Made by a program: the position numbers and the translations under genes
The notes under the pieces: generated by a model
Database searches by the model: none
What the model was told of the DNA's origin: nothing
Seen by the model: only the letters and a program-made list of their open reading frames with translations
DNA from: Octopus bimaculoides
Lineage: Eukaryota
Reading direction: 5' to 3'
Length of the DNA stretch: 64,000 bases
Assembly: GCF_001194135.2 (NCBI RefSeq)
Contig: NC_068982.1
Coordinates: forward strand, 49,421,286-49,485,285
Shown here: in pieces, positions 1 to 12,507 of the stretch
How positions within the stretch are numbered: position 1 is the stretch's first letter
Layout: each line of letters begins with the position of its first letter

Positions 1-206
1 TTGGACGCCTCGCATCCATTTCCAAGTACGTTTTATCTTAATAATTTTGATGCGATACCTCCTATCCCATACTGTCTCTCTTTTCCTCCCCTCTTTCGTT
101 TCCTCTCTCTTTCTTTTTTCTCTAATTCTTTTTATTTCCTCTTTTCTCCCTTTCGTTTTCCTCTCTCATCCTTTCTTTTCCCCTATACTTCGCCGTTCTC
201 TGTCTG

Positions 207-247
<41 letters not shown>

Positions 248-300
248 CTTCTGCCTTTGCTCTCTCATTGCTCACACCTGACCATCGGCCATCTTTCTTT
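1..300. repeat. CT-rich low-complexity tract with (TC)n microsatellite
   Basis: Pyrimidine-rich throughout; pure (TC)n at about 210-243. Confidence 0.9.
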
Positions 301-689
301 CTCTCTGATGAGCCACAGGTATAAGACACATTCTTGTCTGTCTCCTGTCAGAGCTTGTTTCTCTGAATTCACCATCTCAACTCGTTTAAGCTTAACAGAC
401 CTTTCTGTTTGTTTTCACTGTCTTGTTTTTGTTATCAATTGTCTCCCTCTGAAAAAATCCCAAATTTTATTTAATTTGCTTTGCAGGAGCAACTGTTTTG
501 TGGAAAACGTATCTCGTCGAAAACGTATCTTGTCGAAAACATATTTGATGAAGGGTAGTTTTTTCATGTTACTTGTCTCGTTTTCTATTTGTTTCCTTCA
601 TTGTTTTCAAAGAAAAGTTCGTATTCCATGTTTTCGCATTTCCTATTTCATGTTCTGTGGTGTCCTGTGCCCATACATGCATGTATATA

Positions 690-780
690 CAAATATATGT
701 ATGTACATATATATGTGTATGTATGCATATATATTTATATACTATTTATATTATTATATGTATATGTATATGTGTGTGTA

Positions 781-838
<58 letters not shown>
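690..838. repeat. (TA)n/(TATG) microsatellite
   Basis: Directly visible; source of the YIYIYI ORFs. Confidence 0.95.
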
Positions 839-841
<3 letters not shown>

Positions 842-1640
842 TCGTCATCATTTAACGTCTGTTTTCCATGCTGGCTTGGGTTGGACAGTTTGACCGAGGT
901 GTGGAGAACCAGCGGCTGCACCAGGCTCCAATCTGATCTGGCAATGTTTCTACAGCTGGAAGCCCTTCCTAATGCCAATCCCACAAGACTGTTGCTTTTT
1001 ATGTGCCACAGGCACAGGAACCAGTCAGGCCGGCCTGGCATCGATCATGTTCAGATAGTGCTTCTTATGTGCCACCAGCACGGTGGCCAGTCAGGGCATA
1101 CTGGCATTGGCCACATTTGGATGGTACTTTTTACATGCTACCAGCATGGGAGCCAGTCAGGCAGACCTGACATCGACCACATATGGATGGTGCTTTTTAT
1201 GAGCCACCAGCATTGGAGCCAGTCAGGGAGCACCGGTCACAGCTACGATATTGGTTTTACTTGACTCAACAGGTTTTCTCAAGCATATCATATCACCTGA
1301 CCCATTAGGAGTACTCTTAACTGGTCCCCATGGCTGTGATCTCACTTTAGTTGCTGGGTCTTCTCACTCACAGTATATTTCCAAAGGTCTCAGTTCCAAT
1401 GTTTGAAGGTCATGCCACATCACCTCATCCCATGTCTTTCTCTTCCACAGTTAGGGAGTGGCACCTCCTCACACAGCTGTCCTCATCCATATGTAGCACA
1501 TGACCATACCAGCACAGCCATCTCTCTTGCACACCACATTTGATGCTTCTTATGCCCAACTTTTCTGTCAGGGTGCTTACACTCCGTCATGTATGCACAC
1601 TGACATTACACATCCAGCAGCTCATACTAGATTCATTTCT
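839..1640 (-). mobile_element. RTE-clade LINE 3' end (5'-truncated)
   Basis: Reverse complement of the (GAT)n-tailed terminus GCATGGAAAACAGACGTTAAATGATGACGATG, four ~60-bp UTR repeats (about 986-1250), and decayed C-terminal coding sequence (..WYGHV.. motif) near 1420-1620. The same terminus recurs at several other sites in the window. Confidence 0.8.
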
Positions 1641-1989
1641 TTCAAGCCTACGCATGTCCACAGCAGTCATGGCCCATGTTTCACTGCTTTGGAGCATGGA
1701 AGTTCACACACATGCATCATGCAGTCTACCTTTCATCTTGAGCAGTTTCTGCAAGAACATCCCTGGGTCTGGCAAAATATTATCATACTTGGAACTCATG
1801 CAAGCATAGGAAAGTAAACATTAAAATGATGATGTTTGATAGCAGATCTGAACAGTTGATTTAAGAAAATTAACAGGTAGTCTCTTACCTCTGGAAAATA
1901 CATTAAAATGGAAAGATCCTGATCCTAACTATATACACCTTAGGATATTACTTGTTATCTTGTAAACATTATTAATATATAAGTGATGT

Positions 1990-2189
1990 CAAACTCATTA
2001 GCATGCCAGTCAAAATGCTTAGCAGCATTTCATCTGTCCTTATATTCCCAATTCAAATTCTGCTAAGTGTGACTTTATTTTCCATCCTTTTGGGATCAGT
2101 AGAATAAGTACCAGTTGAGGACTGGGGTTTGACGTAATCAACTTATCCCCTCCTTCAGATTTGCTGGCCATGTGCCAAAATTTGAAACC
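1990..2189 (+). mobile_element. SINE family A (~200 bp)
   Basis: Body TTAGCATGCC..AAAATGCTTAGC..TTCAAATTC..CATCCTTT..AATAAGTACCAG..GCTGGCC.TGTGCCAAAATTTGAAACC; more than 15 copies in the window. Confidence 0.8.
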
Positions 2190-2929
2190 AATGTATTAGT
2201 GATATATACGTTCATTATTTAAGAAATTCTCCCACACCCTTGATTCCCACTCATTATTTGAGCTGAAAAAACTTGATTTTTCCTTTTCTGAAAAATGCTA
2301 AAATTACTCCAGGCTCATCTAAATGGTTCTCATGACTTTCATTAATCTTAAGATTTCAGTACATATGTTGTCTTCCTATCTACTGAAATGTGTGTAAATG
2401 GTACAGACTCCTTCAGTTTCATGTCAACATTAAACTAACTTGCTGGAAGATATGTCATTAATGCTTACTTGTAAAAATAATTACTTACAACATGGAGGAC
2501 AAGAGGAAAAGTTAAGCTGAATTTCTTCCAATAATTAAATGAAATATTAAAAGAGCTGAAATTCTTTAAGATTGAAACTTTTATCTCTTCTAGCAGAAAC
2601 CAAATACAGTCAATTAAGTAAATTTCATTGATAAGAATATATATGAGTACATGTTAGTCTATATTCACACACATGCACACATGTGAATGTATGTGTATGT
2701 AATATCAGATGAAATGTGCATAGCTATGTATGCATTTGTTTGAGGGAGGCCCTTTTTATTTAATTATGTCTTAGTTTATTTCATGTGCTACTAGAAACAG
2801 ATTCAGCCTTTAAAAAATTTGTAATGATATTTTTTTCTAATAGCCTAAAATTTACTATTGACACTTTAGTTTAGAAATATTAACTTTTATATTGGAGATT
2901 ATAATAAGATTATAGTTTTGACATCAGTA

Positions 2930-3640
2930 AACTTCTTTATATATCAGAGTATGAAAGGAAGATTGTATGATGCATGTATACAGACAGCAATTCTACTTGG
3001 TAATGAGACATGGGCTCTGAATGCAGGGGACATGTGAAGGTTAGAGAGGAGTAAGGCTAGTATATTCCACTGGATGTGTAATGTAAGTGTACATGTTCAA
3101 CAGAATGCTAGTGTATTGAGAAAGAAGTTAGGCATAAGAGGAATTAGATGATGTGTGAAGAGAGAAGACTATGCTGGTTTGGGCATGTAATGTGGATGGA
3201 TGCTGATAGCTCCATAAAGAAGTGCCGATCTCTCAAAGTGGATGGGACACATGGAAGTGGGAAGACCCAGGGAGACATGGAACTGAAGGATGACCTCAAG
3301 ATACCAAACCTTCAGACAAGATGATAAAGGACTGAGATGCCTGGCACCTTGCTATACTCAAGAAGACCTGTGCTCCACAGCAGAAGTGTTAAGGCCACAA
3401 GGGGAAGAGGACTGACCTGCAAGAGTTCTCTGCTTATACCACATAAAAAGCACTCAAGCAGTGCCACATAAAAGCACACAGCATAGTCTTTAAAGTGGTT
3501 GGTGCTAGGAAGGGCATCCAGCTGTAGAAAACATGCTAAATCAGAATGGAGTCTTGTGCAGCTCTCCAGCTTGCCAGTTCTGGTCACACCGTCCAACCCA
3601 GCATGGATATCAGATATAAAATGATGATGAAGATGATGAG
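2930..3640 (+). mobile_element. RTE-clade LINE 3' fragment
   Basis: Decayed frame KGRLYDACIQTAILLGNETWAL...CWFGHVMWMD, then the shared UTR and (GAT)n tail. Confidence 0.85.
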
Positions 3641-3649
3641 CTACTCAAG

Positions 3650-3810
3650 TATATCATTCCCAGTGCTCAGCTGATACGTATTTTATTGACATTAAAAGAA
3701 TGAAAGGCAAACTTGACCTTGACAGCATTTGATTTCAGAACATCAAGCCAGAAGAAATGCTGCTAAGCATTTTGTCCAGCAAGGTAATAGTTCTGCCAGT
3801 TCACCACCTT

Positions 3811-3846
<36 letters not shown>

Positions 3847-4313
3847 AATAATAATCATAATTGCAATAATATTTTCTACTAGAGGTTCAAGGTCTGAAAT
3901 TTTTGTGGAAGAGGTTGTTGATTACATTGACCACACTGTTCGACCAATAAAATATCTTATCAACCTCAAAAGATTGAAAGGTAAAATTTACCTCAGTAGA
4001 GTTTTGAATTCAGGATGTAAAGATGGATTAGATGCTGATAAGCATTTTGTCCAGCATGTTACTGGTTCTATCAGTTCACCACCTTGATAATAATAATAAT
4101 AATGGGTTCAAATTTTACCACAAGGGTAGCAATTTTGAGGGTGAGGATGAGATAATTACATCGACCCCCAGTGTTCAACTGGTACTTAATTTATGAACCC
4201 TGACAGGATGAAAGGCAAAGTCGACATTGACAGAATTTGAACTCATAATGACGAGTGAAATATCACTAAGTATTTCATCCAGCGTGCTAGCGATTCTGCC
4301 AGCTTACTGCCTT
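3650..4313 (-). mobile_element. Three tandem SINE family A copies
   Basis: Three reverse-oriented copies separated by (AAC)n/(AAT)n tails. Confidence 0.75.
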
Positions 4314-4924
4314 GAATAATAATGATAATAATAATAATAGGCAAGATGAAGAGCATGATGTAATTGCAATAGATATTTTATTGGTTGAATGATATTTCAA
4401 CAGCAAGCCTGTCTTTGCTGAGTCCAAAATAAAAAATCATAAAAATTCAAAATTATAGAAATTCAAATCTAAAATATGAACGAGAGCAACCAGCATCCAC
4501 ACGTTGATGGAATTACATCATAAGTCTTTAAGTTTCAATTTTATAACTGATAAAAAGAAAGAGAGAGAAAAAGGAATGAAGAAAGAAAAGGATACCAATT
4601 TACAATACATTCATATCAGAATATTGATATCAATAGTCAATGGCAAAACATAGATTTATCTAATCTGAAAAATATTTATTTTAAGTCATAACAGAGATTA
4701 TTGTCACAAAAATCATGTTATATCAGAAGAGATCCACATGTTTCTGAGGTTTTCTCATCTTTGTTATGCAATGAATTAAAGAGGTAGTACTTAGTATTTG
4801 ATATATGCATTTTCTTGCATGAAGGCTTTATTACTTAGTAATTTCCAGTTTCACTACAAAGACTCTCTGTAATAGTTATTGTTAGCTCATATATTGTTAG
4901 CTTTCAACCCACGACTGTCATATT

Positions 4925-5270
4925 GTTTTCAAATTTTGACACAAGGCCAGCAATTTCGAGGGAGGGGTTTAAGTCGATTATATTGACCCCAGTGCTCAAA
5001 TAATGCTTATTTTATTGATTCCGTAAAGATGAAAGGCAATGCTGGCCTCAGCGGAATTTGAACTCGGAACATAAGGATGGACAAAATGCCACTAAACATT
5101 TTATGCGGTATGCTAACACTTTTGCCATCTTGCTGCCACACATGATTGTTATATTAATTTCAAATTTTGGCACAATGCCAGTAATTTTAAGGAAAGGGAT
5201 AAATCGATTACAGCGAGCCCAGTGCTCAACTGGTACTTAGTATATCAACCCCCAAAAGGATGAAAGGTAT
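4925..5270 (-). mobile_element. Two tandem SINE family A copies
   Basis: TTTTCAAATTTTGACACAAGGCCAGC.. and TTTCAAATTTTGGCACAATGCCAG.. heads of reverse copies. Confidence 0.75.
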
Positions 5271-5284
5271 CTATTTTTTTTTAT

Positions 5285-5573
5285 CTGTGGGCCCCTTTGG
5301 TTACTATTTTATTCTGGTGGACCCCCATAGCCGTTCAATGTTTAAAAAGTAGTTTTAAAGAAACTTCTTTCAAAATTCCTATTTTATTTTTCACACATTA
5401 ACTTGTCAGGTTGAACTAAGTAAATCCTAGCTGTTTCTTGCACTACATACCAATATATACACTTAAAGCAAAATTTTTTCAGTAGCCCTTAAAATACTAT
5501 TTTGAATCCCCAATTTACTATTTTACTACTTGGACCCCCAAAAATCTTATATAGACCCTGGTTGAGAACCACT
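5285..5573 (-). mobile_element. hAT-type MITE, partial copy
   Basis: Ends in GGTTGAGAACCACTA; the internal sequence is the reverse complement of the 33695-34069 element. Confidence 0.7.
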
Positions 5574-7001
5574 AATGATCAAAGTGCCCTTCCACTTTAT
5601 GATGGCATGGTATTATTTCAAAGAGATCTGGAAACTGTTTTACATAGATAGGACAATCATGGTCCCTTAAATGTAAGGGGTCTTTTTATGTAGGCTTTAT
5701 AATTTCACTTAGGAAAAGTTTTAGCATTTAGATACTAAAGTTTTTATTTTCACTCAGTTACCTTTCCATCATATAATGTCTATATAGTAAACCCAAATCT
5801 GTAGGATATTTATATCAGATATTTTAATACTTTTAACCCTGAACCAAACAGAAAATGTCATGCTGGGAATTGTTTATGGAAGCAGAGAGCTGAATTTTTA
5901 AGTAAAACATCACTTGTGTTTATCTAAATAACTTTGCAACATCAAATTCATGTTATATAGTCAATTATGTACATCATAATACTAGCTTTGACAGATTTCA
6001 CTGGAAATTCTGAATTGTTTTGATACCAGAATCCCTCTCTTGGGAAAAGCAAGACAATATTAAACTACTGGAAAGAACTTATTAAATGACATTAATCTAT
6101 CTATGAGACTCCCAACAGATCATCTATACTCGTTTGTATTGCAAATACTTATTTCATCAAAATTAGAGGTAAAAAATTACTATAAAACCATCAGTAAATG
6201 CCTGTTTCAGTGTATGACATACATACATACAAACAAACAAACAATGTTCATCTACCATTATTATTTCACTTCTTTATATACTTAATATATTTTTTTTAAA
6301 TGTTATTTTATTTTACCCCTAGAGATACCATATTTGTAAACCAGGTCTTTTTTTTTCACTTCATAGACAAGCTCCATTTGTAAAATTATGTGTATGCATT
6401 GTTCTGATAAAAATTAAGTCCTTGACTGCCAATCATACAGATTGCTTTGGCTGTAACCTTTCATAATGCATTAAAGACATGTTTATCCCTAGAGATATTG
6501 TCTTTCAATAAGAGCATTTGCTTTTCACAACTTTCAAAGTACTTTCCTTCATGGTATTATTTCCACCTAATTTTGATAATTTCATATACTTGTTGTAGTT
6601 GTATTTTTCGTTAACTCAGTCCTTGAGTATTTCAAATAATAACTAACTTTCAAATTCATTCATCTTTATTGAAAATATCTTAAAGACAAAAATATTCTTT
6701 ACATTTTTTTTTTTTTTCCAAATAAACTGAAAATAGCAATAAAGGGGAAAATATTAAGCTTTACAGGCATTGATAGTGGTCAATATTATGTCATTTCCAT
6801 AAGTTCTGTCTGTCTATTTAATAAATCTGAAATAATAAGCAAAATTAGCTTGCATTTCATCCCTCAGTTTTTGATTTATTCTGACCAAAGTTAAAATAAT
6901 GTAGAGCAGTGTAAACTTTTTAATGATCAGTTTTGCCTTTTTCTCCACATCTTGCCTTGAAGGCATCACAAACTTTTTTCTCTCTATCTTTTATTTTGCA
7001 G

Positions 7002-7058
7002 CGAACTGTCAAGGTGAGAAGCAAAAGGCTGATATTGGATATTTTAGCTGTGAGAAAG
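7002..7058 (+). CDS. Candidate 57-nt internal exon (unassigned)
   Basis: Long pyrimidine tract ending TTATTTTGCAG, then donor AAG|GTAAAC. Open as RTVKVRSKRLILDILAVRK or NCQGEKQKADIGYFSCEK. No homolog recognised. Confidence 0.25.
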
Positions 7059-7259
7059 GTAAACTACTGGATTCTTTAGTAATTCTCTTTTAAAGAAACT
7101 TTTAAGTAAAATGAACAAAACTAAATGTCTTCTCACAAAACATCATATAAACTTATAAAATATTCTGTTGCTAATCATTAAATAATTTTGTTTTATACAG
7201 TTTTAGTAAATATGCAATATTTGTGTTGAAGTCAGAATTAAATTTAAAGGATACTCAGT

Positions 7260-8860
7260 ATATTCTTATGAATTTGCATATGTGTGTGTGTGTGAGAGAG
7301 ATTGTAGAGATGCTTGAATGGAGGCTTATTGCTGTATGTTGCATACAAGAGGTAAGGTGGAGAGGTCCTCACAAGCAAAGCATATAGGTATAAACTCTTC
7401 TGGGAAAGTAACAGTGACGGAGTGGGAATACTTCTTGCAGAGAAATTGGTGGATAAGGTCATAGAGGTAGTCAGGGTGTGCAATAGAGTGCTTGCAGAAG
7501 AGTGTAGATACAGTTATCTTTGCCTACCCCACCACAAGCAGGCCTACCAAATGATCAGAAGGATCACTTTTATGATATTCTTCTGCAGACTACCTCAAAG
7601 ACGAGTGACAATGATCTCATCTTTGTGGCTGGAGATTTTAATGAGCATTTTGGATGGCAGCCTGGTATCTTCCATGGTGCACATGGGGGCCATGAGATTG
7701 GCTCCCAAAATGAAGATGGAACTAGGTTCCTGGAGTTCTGTGATGCAAATAACCTATTGATTTGCAACACCAATTTCAAGAAGCCAGCCAGTCACCTGAT
7801 AACCTATCAATCATGTGACTCTGCTAGCCAGATTGATTTCATCCTCACCAGACAGTGAGATGCATGGTTGCTCTTAAATACAAAGACCTTCCCTGGTAAA
7901 GAATGTACTCCTCAGTATAGACCAGTTATTAATGACTTTAGACTTGAGGCCAGAAGGATGCCAAGAAGCAGAACAATCTGAAAAAGAAGGACTTGGAAGC
8001 TTAAGAAGCCTCCACATGATCAGAGACTTAGAGATATCTTTATCGAGAAATTTAATGAGAGCGAGGAGGAGCTACATACTTGTGGCATAGAAGAAGGCAA
8101 CTGGGAATTCCAGTAAGACCACTCGCTGAGCACCACTGATCAAATCTGTGGCTGGTGCAAAGTCCCTTCCAGACTTAGCGTAATGTGGTGGTGGAACAAT
8201 ACTGTAGACAGGGCCATTAGAGCAAAGAAACAGACCTAGAGGGCCTGGAAGAGTGGGTGTAGCAGGGAACTGTATCAGATACGGAAGCTAGGAGACAGAT
8301 ATATACATAACCAAGAGAGTAGCTGAAAAGAAGAAGTTTGCCTATGTTCAGCAACATGAGGACTAAAGAACTGAAGTGTTTCAGATTGCAAGACAGTGTG
8401 TGAGAGAAAATTGTGATGTCATAGGAGAGAAATGTGTCCGGATGGATGATGGTGCACTTGCATTTAATGATTCTGCAAAGAAAGAGGTTTGGAAATGCCA
8501 TTATGAAAGACTGCTGAATGTAGAGAATGAATGGGAGGGAGAGAGTCTGCCAAATGTTGACCCAGTTGAGAGACCAGCTACCCGAATAAACAATACCTTG
8601 GTAGATAAAGCAATTAAGGCTATGAAGACAGGGAAAGCCTCCAGTTCAACAGGAATCACTGCTAAAATGCTAAAAATATCTGGTGGTGTGGGTTATGGTC
8701 TAGTCACCCATATTGTAAATCAGGTGGTTCATGAAGGAGTCATACCCAATGACTGGTGTAGCAGCACCATAGTCAACTGCTACAAAAGAAAAGGTGATGC
8801 CTTAGATAGAAATAACTACAGGGGTATCAAATTATTGGATCAGGTGATGAAAGTTATGGA
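7260..8860 (+). mobile_element. RTE-clade LINE ORF2 fragment (APE endonuclease and start of RT), pseudogenised
   Basis: APE motifs GVGILL, VAGDFNEHFG and QIDFIL; RT entry KAMKTGKA..GIT..ML..NYRGIKLL; multiple stops and frameshifts; truncated before YADD. Confidence 0.9.
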
Positions 8861-8931
8861 GATTGTAGTACAATTTGCAGTACAATTTGTTCATTTAGCA
8901 TGCCATTTGTATATACTCTCTCAGGACTTAA

Positions 8932-9291
8932 CCCTATAGCATTTAAACCATCCATACCCAGCCCAAATATTCTACCTATTTTATGTTCAAACCAACCAGA
9001 TTCAGCCCCCAATGTTATTCTAAAAATAAACACTCAAATCATTGAAATCACAAAGCTACAAGATAATACATGATTAATTAGAAATAAAATGAACTCAGCA
9101 ATTTGGCAAAAGAGGCTGCCAGAAAAAGTACCAGGTTCAATAAAAATATATATGTATACTGAGGTCAATTCATTCAACTTAAAGTTTTTGAAGATGGTGC
9201 TCCAGCATGACTGCAGTCTAATGACTGAAACAAATAAAACATTAAAAAATATACGCCTTACATTTGAAATAGCAATCTGAATGTTAAAGGG
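8932..9291. mobile_element. piggyBac-type MITE with a SINE tail inserted
   Basis: TTAA|CCCTATAGCATT ... AATGTTAAAGGG|TTAA; SINE 3' piece (CCAGCATGACTGCAGTCTAATGACTGAAAC) near 9100-9245. Confidence 0.75.
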
Positions 9292-9607
9292 TTAAATGCT
9301 TGTGTAGTCTACTCTTGGCTAGTAGGTCAAATTTCTGTTTTCTCTCGATCATTTATACACACATGCAATCTGTTCATGGTTCATTGACCAATTTTCAGCT
9401 CGTTTTGCAAATCTGTCTTTGTAAAAACCATTCATTATTCAGTTTCTTTATTTTGGGAATCATGTGTATAAGGATACCTCTCTGTATAATTTCAGAGTTA
9501 TACTTGCTTTCCAAGTGACTTGATTTGAGACTGTGTATTGGAACTGAAACAATTACATCCTGAAATAGTCATTCTGGTCCAAATAACAATGCACAAAACT
9601 GTTACGT

Positions 9608-9860
9608 CATCATCATCATTATTTAACATCTATTATCCATGCTGGTATGGGCTGGATGGTTTGACCAAGGCTAGCAAGTTGAGGGCTACATCAGACCCCA
9701 GTCTGATTTGGCATGGTTTCTACAGCTGAATGCCCTTCCTAACACCAACCACTCCAAGTGTAATGGGTGCTTTTATGTGCCACTGGCTCAGGTGCCAATT
9801 GCATGAGATCAGTATCCGCAATGGCTACAATTTCACTTGGCTTGGTGGATCTTCTTCTCA
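9608..9860 (-). mobile_element. RTE 3' UTR and tail fragment
   Basis: (CAT)n followed by the reverse complement of the shared RTE terminus. Confidence 0.75.
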
Positions 9861-10470
9861 ATGACTTGAAATTTATTTCATGGAGTGCCGATATCTTTGT
9901 TACACAACTGACAGAGTACGACTGCAGGAGTGTTTGTGACCACATTGCAGTTGTACAACTAAATTTTTTGACACCTCATGAAATGAATTAAGACTGAATT
10001 TAACAGTTAAATGGCCTGAATGACTCTTCCACAAGATAATTGCTAAATGTAAAGTTACATATAAAGATTTAAGATTTAGATAATATTATTTTATATCCTA
10101 ATGTTAGAAGAGTTGTATATTTATTTCTCAAATATTTCTTCGTTTGAGTGTAAGTCTTAATCACTAGTATTGGAATTTCTTATTAAGCATCTCCTGTAAA
10201 AGTTATAAAAGTCGCTGGAACTCATAAACATAGATTACTCAGTTATAATTTATGCACTAAAAGTTCATTAATATACAGCACAACACTTAAATTAGAATGT
10301 ATCAGGATACACAAACCGCATAATTATTTTCTTACCAAGGTGAAGGTTATTAAAGTGAAATGTCAGTAGTCGGACTTCATAATTGTTCACTAATTTCGCT
10401 TCGTTTCTGATGCATTACTAAAGGAAATTAAAAGATTTCAATGTCTGTCAATTTCTTTTAACTTTACGAC

Positions 10471-10547
10471 CTGAAAGCCATTAAGAACACTTATTTGATC
10501 TGACATCTTCCGAGAAAGAAGGGACAGGAAATGAAGAATTATTCTTG
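10471..10547 (-). CDS. Candidate 77-nt exon (RIILHFLSLLSRKMSDQISVLNGFQ)
   Basis: Acceptor CATTCTTACAG, single open frame (phase 1 to 0), donor CAG|GTCGTA (weak). Confidence 0.25.
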
Positions 10548-11373
10548 CTGTAAGAATGATGTAAATCAGTTTGGAATATTTCTGGCTATAGAAAACAGAG
10601 AGATAAGAAATTAAGTACTATGTTTATTGTTAGATGAACTATCTAGAACATTTTCTTATTAATGTGATTGTCTGGAAGTATATGAAAGAATCACAGAATC
10701 TGGTGCTGAAATTAGTTACACTTTATCAACACATAAAATAACGTGAAATATATTGCTTGACACCCCCTCCATCCCTCACACTTCCCACAAAACCCACTTC
10801 ACCCAAATCAAATTTTTATCACTCCACCCTACCCTCACTATTTTCATTGAAATCATTGATATCACTCTTTGTAACCTTAGCCACAACTACCACCACTATT
10901 ATCATTAGTATCATCAATAACACCATCACCATTACCATTATTATTATCAAGCATAATTGCAAAGATTTGAGTTAACTATTTTATACTTTGTTATCATTAG
11001 GCTACTCATCATCAGTATTTTGCATGTTTTTTTCATATTTGCTTAAATTAGATGGGTCTGTTCCTGTACAACATATCACCCCCAAGCCATGTATTTTCAT
11101 CATTTGATACAGCAACAACAAAAAAAGAAACCTGCATTAGTTTTTAGTCACAGTTACTAAACTACTCTCCCAGATCAGTTGCTTTTGCTGTGGCTAAAGG
11201 AGTTTACACCTCTACTACTTCCATTTTGGCTTGGTTTTACAACTGGAAAAACCTTCCTATTACCAATCACTCTATCCCATGGACTAAGTACTATCAGCAC
11301 TAAAGAGGTTGTCAACTAGCCCTACAGAGAGTCCTCTCCATTTTCTGATAGCCTTTATATAATCACTACTCAC

Positions 11374-11415
11374 CTTCACTGTAACTTGTGGAATCCACAT
11401 TCTTTTTATATACAG
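11374..11415 (-). CDS. Candidate 42-nt exon (VYKKNVDSTSYSE or LYIKRMWIPQVTVK)
   Basis: Acceptor ATTACTTCTCAG and consensus donor AAG|GTGAGT; symmetric length. Confidence 0.35.
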
Positions 11416-11764
11416 CTGAGAAGTAATAATTTTAGCTATTAAGGGGGCGTACAGTGGCAGTCTCAAGTTGTTGGGACAAAGGTCATCTTTCTGGTGTAGG
11501 AAGGGAAGCTCAATTACCAAGGGATGATATAACAGAGATCAGACAGATGGGCATAAAGCTTTACTCTGTTATATTAGTAGAGAGTAAGAGCTTGCAGAGG
11601 TAGTTTGAGGCAAATGCAAATTGCATCTTTGATCTAGGTAACAAGATGTTTAGCCAATGAGGCGATTTATCATTGATAAAATAATTGTGCTTGAGTCTAC
11701 CTTGTTACGATACCAGCCACCAAGATCTTTAACTCATTAACATTCAGATTAATCCATCTACTAG

Positions 11765-12092
11765 CATGGCTCAGTGGTTAGAGATTCAGGCTCACAGTCA
11801 TGCGGTAGTGAGCTCGAATCCCAGACCGGGCTGTGTATTGTGTTGTTGAGCAAAGCACTTTATTTCACGTTACTCCAGTTCACTCAGCTGTAGAAATCTG
11901 TTGCAATGTCACTGGTGCCAAGCTGTATCGGCTTTTGCCTTTCATTTGAATAACATTGGTGGCATGGAGAGAGGAGGCTGGTATGCATGGGTGACTGCTG
12001 ATCTTCCATAAACAACCTTGCCTGGACTTGTACCTCAGAGGAGAACTTTTTAGAAGTAATCCCATGGTCATTCATGGCCTGAGGAGGTTGTT
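11765..12092 (+). mobile_element. SINE family C (tRNA-like head)
   Basis: A-box-like TGGCTCAGTGGTTAG, B-box-like GCTCGAATCCC and core TTGAGCAAAGCACTTTATTTCAC..CACTCAGCTG; the head and core are shared with 43320, 53880, 54770, 55560 and 60660. Confidence 0.8.
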
Positions 12093-12095
12093 TAC

Positions 12096-12284
12096 CCTAA
12101 TACATATTTATCCACATTGTTTCAAATTAATCATGCATTATCACATAGCTTCGTAATTTTGATGATGTGATTGTTTATGTTTAGAATGACATTATAGTGT
12201 AGGTGTGAGAAACCAGATCTGGCCAGTTTGAATATAAAACATCAAATATTTAGGTAGGATGTGGCCTGTTTGAATTCTAAAGGG
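12096..12284. mobile_element. piggyBac-type MITE (same family as 8932 and 32673)
   Basis: Ends TTTGAATTCTAAAGGG|CTAA; interior matches 32673-32891. Confidence 0.65.
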
Positions 12285-12507
12285 CTAAAACTTATTTTGT
12301 TTTTGCTTATAATGTTATAAATCTTATAAGAAGCTGTCCTGCTAAAATGTGAGTATACTAAATTTTTTAATTTAAAACGTCTTAGAACTTGGTCATGAGG
12401 ACAATTCACAATTTTTGGGAAAATGATTCTATGTTAAAAACACTTTTCCACTTTATGCAAGAACAGAATACAAAATAGTCATTTATGTATCATGCTTAAT
12501 ATAAATA

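Noticed and set aside
303-352. CTGATGA...GTC with flanking CTCT/AGAG, hammerhead-like
   Set aside because: No GAAA strand of the catalytic core between the two halves.
47-1264. 405-aa ORF and overlapping ORFs
   Set aside because: Chance read-through of (TC)n, (TA)n and an antisense RTE UTR; low-complexity peptide with no domain.
6420-6580. Possible hAT-like transposase trace on the minus strand
   Set aside because: Short, stop-ridden similarity (..KAICMIGSQGL..) is not distinguishable from chance by eye.
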